Shown here one piece after another: positions 16,701-22,574 of a DNA stretch of 32,000 bases (position 1 is its first letter; the number at the start of each line of letters is the position of its first letter). The notes beneath the pieces were generated by a model. It was not told where the DNA came from. It did not search any database and saw only the letters and a list, made by a program, of their open reading frames with translations. The position numbers and the translations under genes are program-made. Source of the stretch: Acaryochloris thomasi RCC1774 (lineage in GTDB: Bacteria; Cyanobacteriota; Cyanobacteriia; Thermosynechococcales; Thermosynechococcaceae); the NCBI RefSeq assembly GCF_003231495.1, contig NZ_PQWO01000032.1, positions 1-32,000 on the forward strand. Direction: 5' to 3'.

Positions 16701-17761
16701 CTGCCGTCAGCCTCTCGCTCATGACTTGGTTCTGCTGCTTGATCTCGTTCACGAGTGTTAGTAGTTCTTCCATGATTGATGTCCTCTGGTTTTGTGGGTT
16801 GAACGGTTGAAGCCTTTTCTGCCGTAGTCCTTTCTATGCCCTGCTGTTCTTCACGCACAGGGATAGAGACCACGTTTTCTTGAACGATATGCAGCCTGGG
16901 ATTTTGCAGGTCCACCCCCTGCGCTCTGTCGTGCCACTGCTGCTTTAATTTCTGGGGTTCTTCGAGTTCCTTGACGGGGCGGTTTTGCAGGCTAATGTGC
17001 TTTAGCTCTCGCCAGCCTGTAACGCCCTTGGCTTGGGCAATCGCTTCTATTTCCACGGTGCGCTGGGAGAAGGCCCGTAGCTGTTCTTTTGTATACCCAG
17101 TGATATCGAAGGTATCGTTTGGCTTCCAGACAATCCCGTAGCCAATCTGTTGTAGGTTGGCGGCGAGTTCATGTTGATACCGAACGCCTAAGTCACGTCG
17201 GCTATCTCGAAAGAAGCTTTCGTTCCGCAGTGCTCTCCATTTGCCATCACTGCAGTAGCTGGTGTTCATGATGATGGCGTGGGTATGGAGCTGCGGATCC
17301 ATCTTGCGACTGGTGGCATGGGTGAAGGTGGCAATCGCTAACTTGCCGGTGATCTCCTTCTGGCGTTTACCTCCGGTGCGGATCTCAACGAGGGAGTGAT
17401 TCAGTTCAATTTCCTTGAGGACCGCATCAACGGCTTCTCGATGAGCCTTAATCACTCGCGTGTCATTCCAGACCAGTGCTTGCAGGCTAACTGACTTGGG
17501 CGCAGAGAACGTGAGGTCGTAACCTCCCCTGGTTTTATTCCCGGCATTGCTGACGCCGCGTAGTCTGACGCCGTTGGGCGCTCTGCCGTGGATGAACCTT
17601 CGGAAGTCTTCTGCCTCCACTGCACCCTCAAGGCAAACCTGCGCGGCAAGGTTTCCATACCAGCGTGACCCACAGGCATTTTCTTCCTGCGCGTAGTAGG
17701 AATCTTCTTGTTCGTAGTAGGAGGCTGCTGCCTCTGGTCTGACGTTGTGGGCGGTGAGCAT
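13778..17761 (-). CDS. Relaxase (TrwC/TraI-like, MOBF-type N-terminus) with a repeat-rich linker and a C-terminal Toprim/DUF3854-like domain
   Basis: The N-terminus AAASYYEQEDSYYAQ (paired Tyr motifs) and HATSRKMDPQLHTHAIIMN (3-His motif) match the TrwC pattern. The C-terminus carries VWITEGAKKGAAI, VLCFDKD and GIDDWL (Toprim-like E, DxD). The middle holds ~8 degenerate LAExI repeats. Confidence 0.9.
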   Translation of the reverse strand: MLTAHNVRPEAAASYYEQEDSYYAQEENACGSRWYGNLAAQVCLEGAVEAEDFRRFIHGRAPNGVRLRGVSNAGNKTRGGYDLTFSAPKSVSLQALVWNDTRVIKAHREAVDAVLKEIELNHSLVEIRTGGKRQKEITGKLAIATFTHATSRKMDPQLHTHAIIMNTSYCSDGKWRALRNESFFRDSRRDLGVRYQHELAANLQQIGYGIVWKPNDTFDITGYTKEQLRAFSQRTVEIEAIAQAKGVTGWRELKHISLQNRPVKELEEPQKLKQQWHDRAQGVDLQNPRLHIVQENVVSIPVREEQQGIERTTAEKASTVQPTKPEDINHGRTTNTRERDQAAEPSHEREADGSREAEPNHKQAVGDSQRTVDVSRATESALDPAQSTAQREQRSQTQEGASIGQSVDEYNASGSQRASDGVHRSTERSAEGQEERRPSPEHQAALRKARRFDDPNQRRAAQQRLDAGHQSRLDGAVARLSGRVEAARANGSLITDDRSTGYGEPANVSRDQSDAALKRSINELANDINTFNAQEVLAETLPGINQALEKLGLTIDKSLELAQEKVHQPDLSSSIDSLADAISHNQAEAVMLEVGAALGERLQHLSQNHNLVELADAIQTNADLQVIAESGLGEKLQELASVVENQRPSGITFEGIEELAEVIHSGDIEQTFAESLPLISETLDALQLQIDQSLTKGVADHITNAVGQWTNEQRMVEAMAAGDQAQVMELLREFTGPSTVRPQVQELAEALHGWQEQQLIAEVAAEFSGVMDRLRGQHGIEQLAEVITKQQAMEQVAEVITEVSGRLEQWMQYPQMAELAELIQQQADVGTLLESGLTDKLNHVGHSLEQMTRQQPSLEGVQELAKAIHETQQQDAIAEHMQVFVGLGDHVENWIEQQADVQRLALLVQTLRSNPEVSREELQRLTEQMRNMGIDVTPKPQKKAKPVVEKPVLKKDRQPTQPPTQPQVEKPVLKKDRLEAEAQVANEAPQQSTEKTGRVWTTQRLQALEYLRPTYIEKERWVELVKDSSIHPQVAAKYFWSLDGPGAKEHLLNYAMGQFAGHGTQYTTAQVEKFLARYEHLEAGGLWCEGRPFNGEPWGQLKPNTPVTEEKDKDRFTIYLKNGQVQNLEKPANYKPELKERKYESIPKASQNLPSHRSHFAFAKDLDDIKNETKEVWITEGAKKGAAIYTRGIDAIALNGVNGGYSKDDNEQRYLDGHLKQYNWQSRTVVLCFDKDPPEKTKTLRNVAIAMHRFGRLLEQQGAKVEVAEMPGNDQGKLGIDDWLARGNQLSDLSYSTLDEWAQESPWLEKELAAHEYEMEQEEGFEY
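16189..16773 (-). CDS. Nested out-of-frame ORF (194 aa, coiled-coil-like) inside the relaxase linker
   Basis: ATG 16773 is preceded by AGAGGACATCAATC (SD GAGGA, 8-nt spacing). The product MEELLTLVNEIKQQNQVMSERLTAVEKQNQTISRQLE.. is heptad-like, whereas the relaxase frame here is low-complexity R/S/A/Q/E. Confidence 0.45.
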   Translation of the reverse strand: MEELLTLVNEIKQQNQVMSERLTAVEKQNQTISRQLETANGRLMSVEQQNRLLIQHNQQLNENNEARHKKVHQLVNQSMNTMPVVLNGHLMEFTEALSEALKGKKNDDLAQSIKQLYGRLDALMTQINDAQLNNVSMLGTNQDWMEQLQDLVGELKRHGLTGRSSLTIDLPDTASLPTSLETNQMQPSNAPSTN

Positions 17762-17782
17762 TGAGATGAACTTTGCGTCTAT

Positions 17783-17815
17783 TCATCTATTGCAAGTGGC
17801 CGAAAAAGCTGTCGA
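17783..17815 (-). promoter_or_regulatory. Conserved promoter/operator-like box, copy 5 (drives the relaxase)
   Basis: Minus strand reads TCGACAGCTTTTTCGGCCACTTGCAATAGATGA. The box ends ~24 nt before relaxase ATG 17761. Confidence 0.6.
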
Positions 17816-17816
17816 A

Positions 17817-17846
17817 GCCCCAGTTTTTTCTAACGTGCTCTGGGGC
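17817..17846. other. Inverted repeat GCCCCAG-N16-CTGGGGC abutting box 5
   Basis: 7-bp perfect arms. The position relative to the box mirrors the terminator-plus-box arrangement of the plus-strand cassettes. Confidence 0.4.
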
Positions 17847-17900
17847 GTAATCCTTATGCAGTCTTTGTCTTACCGCCTTCCTTTCTTTTTCCGTGTTTTG

Positions 17901-17930
17901 GGCGCGGGAGCGCCGTACTGTCTGAATCCT
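17901..17930 (+). other. Candidate oriT core: hairpin GGCGC-GGGA-GCGCC followed by GTACTGTCT|GAAT (putative nic after 17923)
   Basis: Resembles my recollection of the R388 (TrwC) oriT, GCGCACC-GAAA-GGTGCGT-ATTGTCT|ATAG. Located 140 nt upstream of the MOBF-like relaxase, which is transcribed away from it. Confidence 0.45.
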
Positions 17931-18717
17931 CCGGGAAATTAAGTTACGCGTAAGTACTTCTTCCGCTCCAGGCTGCCTCCCGAATAAGCGAGAGCATTAC
18001 TCTTAGGGCTAGGGTTCCGGCCAGAGTTGACGAAAGGATACGGCTGACGAACTGTAGCCTGATCGCATAGGCCCCAGAACGTCCATGAGTTCAGCTTGGC
18101 GAAAGTCTTGGGTTGAGAGATGTGGCAAGGGAGCGGTAAGTCTGGGGCTGACGAATGGTGCTAACTCCCAGTAGCTCTCCTGTTGTCCTGTTCGCAAGTC
18201 TCAAGGTTAGGGCAAGGGGGCAAGACGGTTTGCGGATGTAGCCACCTCTAGAAAAGCTCTATCTCTCCGGTATGAAGTATCTGAGCGTAAGTCCTGGGGT
18301 GAGAGTTGTAGTGCTAGGGCGGGTTGGATTGGGGCGTCTGACTACTGCAGGCTCTCGTGAGTCTTGTGACACTGGCAAGAGAGTCTATCTGAAAGCGCTG
18401 AGGTTAAGGGTGTGCTTTGGAGCCGAATCAAGAGCTGTACAGCAGCTCCGTAGCCGCGATCTCCCTGTTTTGAACGGTCTGATTGTAGGTCTTGGGATTG
18501 GGGCTGTGGTAAGTGGTCTGTATCGAAAGACCTAAACAATTGCAATTTCACCCCGTAACGCCGACTTCTTCTCCTGAAACTTCTCTTTCGTGAGTCTTGG
18601 AGGTGCTGTTGCGATAAAGGACTCGTAACGATAGTGATGAAGTAATGTAAACAGCTTTGTAACCCATGAGGCGTAGTAGATAGGAAGCCTTTCAATGGCA
18701 CCAGATTTCACCTTAAT

Positions 18718-18750
18718 AACAGCTATTTTTGCGACTTGCAATAGATATAT
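18718..18750 (+). promoter_or_regulatory. Conserved promoter/operator-like box, copy 6
   Basis: AACAGCTATTTTTGCGACTTGCAATAGATATAT. About 25 nt upstream of SD AGGAG and ATG 18775. Confidence 0.6.
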
Positions 18751-18774
18751 AACCGCGTAAATAGGAGTAGCTCG

Positions 18775-19041
18775 ATGACAGAGTTAAGACCTCACACAAC
18801 CCTCTTATTGTTAGAGCTTATATGGGAAGGAACCTACATACGACCATCCGCTCAACGTGATTGGGTAGAGCAGAACTTTGAACGTCTTCAACTGCTGCTT
18901 GAGAAGCAGGCTTACACCAAGGTCTGTGAACAATTTGCTGATGAGATTCAAATCAGTCCCGCAACGCTGTCCAAGCATTACAAAGCAACGAAGAAAAATA
19001 AACGCTGGCAGCGAGGAAAACCTCGTCGCCAGGATAGATAG
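18775..19041 (+). CDS. Small basic-tailed protein, putative DNA-binding (paralogue of 19113..19532)
   Basis: 88 aa. RDWVEQNFERLQLLLEKQ..ISPATLSKHYKATKK aligns with HHQWVEKHFALLQDMIEKQ..LSPQTLQKHYQAVKK. Confidence 0.65.
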   Translation: MTELRPHTTLLLLELIWEGTYIRPSAQRDWVEQNFERLQLLLEKQAYTKVCEQFADEIQISPATLSKHYKATKKNKRWQRGKPRRQDR

Positions 19042-19112
19042 CTCGGCACGCTCAACAGTACTTGTTCGCCTATATCTAGGCAAAGGGTCATATCGTTATC
19101 TGGAGTAATACC

Positions 19113-19532
19113 GTGACTGATTTCAAGAAAATACAAGACCTCCTAGAAGAACTGCATGACGAAGGGGATCATATCCCTGAGCGTTCATCGATTCATCATC
19201 AGTGGGTAGAGAAGCACTTCGCTCTCCTTCAAGACATGATTGAGAAGCAGAGACACCCGCTCAAAAAAATAACGGAAAAATTAAAGGCAGAGATCACTCT
19301 AAGCCCTCAAACACTGCAGAAACATTACCAAGCCGTTAAGAAGCTCAAGCTTGCGGAAGCCAGACGTGCAAAGAAAAATCAGACTACTGAAGCTGCCACC
19401 TCTGCTGCCGTTTGCGATCGCAGAGGTGGCAGCACTAAACAATCTCGGGCAAGGGTAAAACCTCCAGAGGTGGACTTGTCGAAGATCAGTCCACCGCCTC
19501 AATTAGTACATGCAGAAATTGTAGAGGATTAA
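19113..19532 (+). CDS. Small protein, putative DNA-binding (paralogue of 18775..19041) with an extended basic tail
   Basis: GTG start after SD TGGAG. 139 aa. Paralogy as described for 18775..19041. Confidence 0.65.
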   Translation: MTDFKKIQDLLEELHDEGDHIPERSSIHHQWVEKHFALLQDMIEKQRHPLKKITEKLKAEITLSPQTLQKHYQAVKKLKLAEARRAKKNQTTEAATSAAVCDRRGGSTKQSRARVKPPEVDLSKISPPPQLVHAEIVED

Positions 19533-19536
19533 TCCA

Positions 19537-20124
19537 ATGGCAAAAAACAAAAAGGTCAATAGTTCAGAGTTAGAGGCTGCACTCAAAGAGCGTTTTGGCG
19601 ATCTTAGTGTTGAAGAACTAAGCAGCCAAACAACTGCTTTGTACACATGCTTGGGTCTTGAGCCTCAAGCTACAGAAATGACTACCGATCAGTATCACCT
19701 CGGCGTTCAAATACTGGACGCTTTCGTCAACGGTCACGCTCAAGATTATCAGCAAGCAAAGGAATGGGTTGAATCGCAGGGTAGCGGACAGCCTGAGTCA
19801 CAACCGTCGCAGTCGGAAGAAATATCTCCGGTTCACCCATCAGGGGACTTACCGGCAGCGATCTCGGAGCAAGGGGGCAAGCTGTATAAAAAAGTGCCAG
19901 ATACCTTTGCCCGACAGGATGAGCTTTTTGGAACTGCATTAGACCAAGCAGTCTTAGCAGATCTCAATGAACGGATACGTACGGGTGACCTGGAGGCTGA
20001 TATTCAGGAAGCTATGGGAAAGCGCCAAAGAGAAGGTCGAGAAAGAGCACCCACCTTCATCGAGATGCTGGGGCTTCCCGCAGTTCCCTCGGCTCCGAAA
20101 TTGCCCGAATCGTCAGCGGAATAA
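19537..20124 (+). CDS. Acidic hypothetical protein, apparently missing its TM tail through a frame change
   Basis: 195 aa. The motif ERIRTGDLEADIQEAM is paralogous to ESIRDGELDAAVEARI in 20383..20853. A TM-containing continuation lies in the -1 frame (see 20232..20393). Confidence 0.65.
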   Translation: MAKNKKVNSSELEAALKERFGDLSVEELSSQTTALYTCLGLEPQATEMTTDQYHLGVQILDAFVNGHAQDYQQAKEWVESQGSGQPESQPSQSEEISPVHPSGDLPAAISEQGGKLYKKVPDTFARQDELFGTALDQAVLADLNERIRTGDLEADIQEAMGKRQREGRERAPTFIEMLGLPAVPSAPKLPESSAE

Positions 20125-20231
20125 TTGACGATCAGATACAGGGGCAGCTTAGAGAAAATTCCCAGATCCAGGCCCAGCGGCAAAAACATATTTCTCAGCA
20201 AAAGAAGCAACTGCGGTTGTTTCGGGACTGG

Positions 20232-20393
20232 ATGTACAGATCGCTGCAATTTGTCGTCGTCGTGGGGATCTGCGTCACCTTCGGGATTGTGCTGGGCTTC
20301 AACCTGCCGAAGGATTTTTTGTGTCCTTCGGAAGAAGACGGCTACTGCCTGCAAGTCAATCTATTGGATAAATTTACGAAAGATGAGCAATAA
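20232..20393 (+). CDS. Short TM ORF; its frame is open from 20001 with no canonical start before ATG 20232
   Basis: The frame reads ..SEIARIVSGIIDDQIQGQLRENSQIQAQRQKHISQQKKQLRLFRDWMYRSLQFVVVVGICVTFGIVLGFNLPKDFLCPSEEDGYCL.. The stop overlaps ATG 20383 (ATGAGCAATAA). Confidence 0.4.
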   Translation: MYRSLQFVVVVGICVTFGIVLGFNLPKDFLCPSEEDGYCLQVNLLDKFTKDEQ

Positions 20394-20853
20394 ACCTGAC
20401 CCTTGGAATCCAAAAGACGATTCCCGAAAGGGAACGCAACTGGACGAAATCTTTTGCTTGTATGTCGAGGCGTATACGGCAGCTTTTAGCGAATCAATCA
20501 TTGCCAAGATTGATGAATCCATCCGCGACGGCGAATTGGATGCAGCAGTGGAGGCCAGGATCAAAGCGGAGCTGGAAAGGCGTTATGAAGCATCAGAGGC
20601 CGAGATCGAAGTACCAGCGTCAGCGCTTGAAGCTGACGACTGGGACGAGGAGCTAGACGAGATCCCTCGACATCCGCTCCAATCTGTCTGGGCCAAAACC
20701 TTTGTAGTCATGGTCGGTACTGCGCTCGTTTTTTCCTTTTTGATGCTCTGGTACAACTCAGCACGCTCAACCCGAGAGCATACTTGCGATCGCGAATGTC
20801 TTCGAGAGCAGGCGGCGATACGGGAGATATTGAGGGAGCAGAATGGTGACTGA
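20383..20853 (+). CDS. Acidic protein with a C-terminal TM segment (paralogue of 19537 plus its frame-shifted tail)
   Basis: Start at ATG 20383 (MSNKPDPWNPKDD..). The track's 20125 start gives an implausible Cys/Arg-rich N-terminus. TM segment is FVVMVGTALVFSFLMLW. Confidence 0.65.
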   Translation: MSNKPDPWNPKDDSRKGTQLDEIFCLYVEAYTAAFSESIIAKIDESIRDGELDAAVEARIKAELERRYEASEAEIEVPASALEADDWDEELDEIPRHPLQSVWAKTFVVMVGTALVFSFLMLWYNSARSTREHTCDRECLREQAAIREILREQNGD

Positions 20854-20870
20854 AAAGTAGAGCCAAGATA

Positions 20871-20914
20871 AACAGAGCCAGCCCTTCGGTTTATATCGAA
20901 GGGCTGGCTCTGTT
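20871..20914. terminator. Bidirectional terminator hairpin between convergent genes
   Basis: Perfect 18-bp stem AACAGAGCCAGCCCTTCG / CGAAGGGCTGGCTCTGTT with an 8-nt loop. Confidence 0.75.
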
Positions 20915-20932
20915 GGGTTAAGTTGATTTGTG

Positions 20933-21793
20933 CTAGGCCGCTACAGCAACCGGCTGCAGTGCTGCAGCTTCCACTGCTGCGATGATTTCCTTCGCCGCCT
21001 TCTGAATGCGAGAGCCGGATTCCTTGAGCTGTGCGATCGCATCGTCGGTTCCGCTCATCCAGTCGCTAACGTAGGCAAAACTATAGTCACCGGAATCGAG
21101 GTCCAGGGCATTGAGGACCACGAAGGCGACTGATTCAGCCTCTAGCTCTAGAACAGACCGCTCGTTATGCATCCGGTAGTCTTGGGCAGAATGCATCAAC
21201 GCATGACCTAGCTCGTGGGCCATTGTTTTCGCTTGGTGCAACGGCGATAGCAGGGGGTTAATGGTGATTTCAATGCCTCCTGGTGCAAAGTAGCACTGAC
21301 CGTTAGGACCAGTAGAGTTAAACTGAGTCTTGAAGACCTTGCTATGAGCAAAGTCTCGGAGGGCGTTAAACAGTCCCTGATCGTCTCCTTGTATTGGGTT
21401 GCAGATATCGGGTAACTCTTCCCCATCTGTTTGGGAGATATCGAAGACCGTTGCCGTCTTAAATCCTGAGATGATCCGCTTTGAGTCGCCGCTCTCTTGG
21501 TCTTCAATCTTTCGGGTTACTGGAGCAAATATGGTGATGCCCTTCTCTCCCTTGCGGACCTGTCGGCCCATCTTCTGCCAGACGCGATAGCCTGCCACTC
21601 TAGACGCTTCAGGCATTTGCTCACGGATCATGACGATATTTCGGAACGAGTACTGATTAAAGCGGCTCTGGAAGGATAGATACTCCTGCCAGTCGCCGGA
21701 CGTTGCTAGGGCTGCAATACCGGCTTCGAGCTTGGCGAGGGCTTCGGTCTGCTTTTGCTCGGCGGCCGCTTTGTTGGCTTTGAATTTTGTCAT
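20933..21793 (-). CDS. ardC: ArdC-type antirestriction protein (N-terminal ssDNA-binding domain plus HExxH metalloprotease domain)
   Basis: 286 aa. YSFRNIVMIREQ..GYRVWQKMGRQVRKGEKGITIFAP matches the ArdC-N/DUF1738 pattern. The C-terminus carries MAHELGHALMH. Confidence 0.8.
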   Translation of the reverse strand: MTKFKANKAAAEQKQTEALAKLEAGIAALATSGDWQEYLSFQSRFNQYSFRNIVMIREQMPEASRVAGYRVWQKMGRQVRKGEKGITIFAPVTRKIEDQESGDSKRIISGFKTATVFDISQTDGEELPDICNPIQGDDQGLFNALRDFAHSKVFKTQFNSTGPNGQCYFAPGGIEITINPLLSPLHQAKTMAHELGHALMHSAQDYRMHNERSVLELEAESVAFVVLNALDLDSGDYSFAYVSDWMSGTDDAIAQLKESGSRIQKAAKEIIAAVEAAALQPVAVAA

Positions 21794-21866
21794 GGTATTT
21801 CTCCTTTTTCCCTGTAGCGGTTGGGTTTACGGAAGTGCGGCGGTGGGGGCGCTTGGCCCCCTTGCG

Positions 21867-22061
21867 TTAGTCCTGAAGGAATCGAGCGAACTCTAGTGAC
21901 TCGTTCGCATAATCTGGGTCAATCTCTAGGCAGTTCTCGAAGTAAGTCGAGACTGCATCGCCTTGAGAGCTGCCAGTCCCTACTGGGAAGCGCTCGGCGT
22001 CGTCGGCTGTGTCGTAAGCAATCCAGGTTCTAGGAATTGGGACGGTTTCGGTCTGAATCAT
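21867..22061 (-). CDS. Small acidic hypothetical protein (64 aa)
   Basis: SD AGGAGAAATACATATG resembles that of ardC (AGGAGAAATACCATG). Asp/Glu-rich. A GC hairpin immediately follows the stop. Confidence 0.55.
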   Translation of the reverse strand: MIQTETVPIPRTWIAYDTADDAERFPVGTGSSQGDAVSTYFENCLEIDPDYANESLEFARFLQD

Positions 22062-22137
22062 ATGTATTTCTCCTGTAGTCCCTTCGTGGCGTTGGGGGGC
22101 AGTAGTGGGTTGAGGGGGCGCGGTGCCCCCCTAGTCT

Positions 22138-22398
22138 TTAAGCTTTCAAGTCAGTACCGTAGAGTCTTGTGATCGAGTAGAACTGGCGACTTAGCTCTTG
22201 AAAGCGGTTTGCAAGGTCGTCTTGCTCATCCCGTCCGCCATCAGCGATATCGAGATAGTTGTTCATGGCTGAGGCAAGGTCGCTAAGGTCGGCAACAAAA
22301 GCCTTGGTATCGGCCTCAATCTCCATCGCCTGAAGCATCGCAACAGGATAGGACTGCTCAGGATGAAAGTTGACGATTGGCGTTAGAGTAGTAGTCAT
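22138..22398 (-). CDS. Small acidic hypothetical protein (86 aa)
   Basis: First gene after the near-consensus promoter. Asp/Glu-rich (..DIADGGRDEQDDLANRFQE..). A GC hairpin immediately follows the stop. Confidence 0.55.
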   Translation of the reverse strand: MTTTLTPIVNFHPEQSYPVAMLQAMEIEADTKAFVADLSDLASAMNNYLDIADGGRDEQDDLANRFQELSRQFYSITRLYGTDLKA

Positions 22399-22485
22399 AA
22401 GTTATTCCTTGTTGGGTTTAACTGCATCGGCATCGCTTACTTCTTGGTCGGAGGGGCGATGCCTTTGCTTTGTTTGTATATGAAT

Positions 22486-22515
22486 ATTATAAACTATCAG
22501 TTTATAGTTTGTCAA
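22486..22515 (-). promoter_or_regulatory. Near-consensus sigma70-type promoter for the 22398<-20933 operon
   Basis: The minus strand reads TTGACA (22515-22510), an 18-nt spacer, then TATAAT (22491-22486). The inverted repeat TATAAAC-TATCA-GTTTATA (22488-22506) overlaps the -10 and spacer. Confidence 0.6.
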
Positions 22516-22537
22516 TCATAAGCTTATGGTTTATGAT
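22509..22537 (+). promoter_or_regulatory. Promoter of the XRE gene with a palindromic operator in the spacer
   Basis: TTGTCA (22509-14), 17-nt spacer, TATGAT (22532-37). The perfect 12-bp palindrome CATAAGCTTATG (22517-28) lies in the spacer. The -35 overlaps the -35 of the divergent promoter. Confidence 0.55.
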
Positions 22538-22574
22538 AAGTTCACAGCTTAGAGTTTATAACTAAGGAGTAGAG

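Noticed and set aside
18141-18170. GGGGCTGACGAATGG resembling the 5' end of tmRNA (GGGGCUGAUUCUGG..)
   Set aside because: The match is only ~8 nt. I found no tag reading frame, no T-arm/acceptor partner and no resume codon context nearby.
18272-18741. ORFs 18272..18535 (+), 18342..18701 (-) and 18532..18741 (-) in the region after the putative oriT
   Set aside because: They mutually overlap, have an odd composition and lack convincing SDs. The last one would start inside box copy 6 on the opposite strand. I treat the region as non-coding, with low residual doubt about 18532..18741.
20125-20382. N-terminal 86 codons of track ORF 20125..20853 (TTG start)
   Set aside because: The sequence (..CGCFGTGCTDRCNLSSSWGSASPSG..) looks like an off-frame read of the TM-containing -1 frame. 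A good ATG at 20383 overlaps the stop of that frame.
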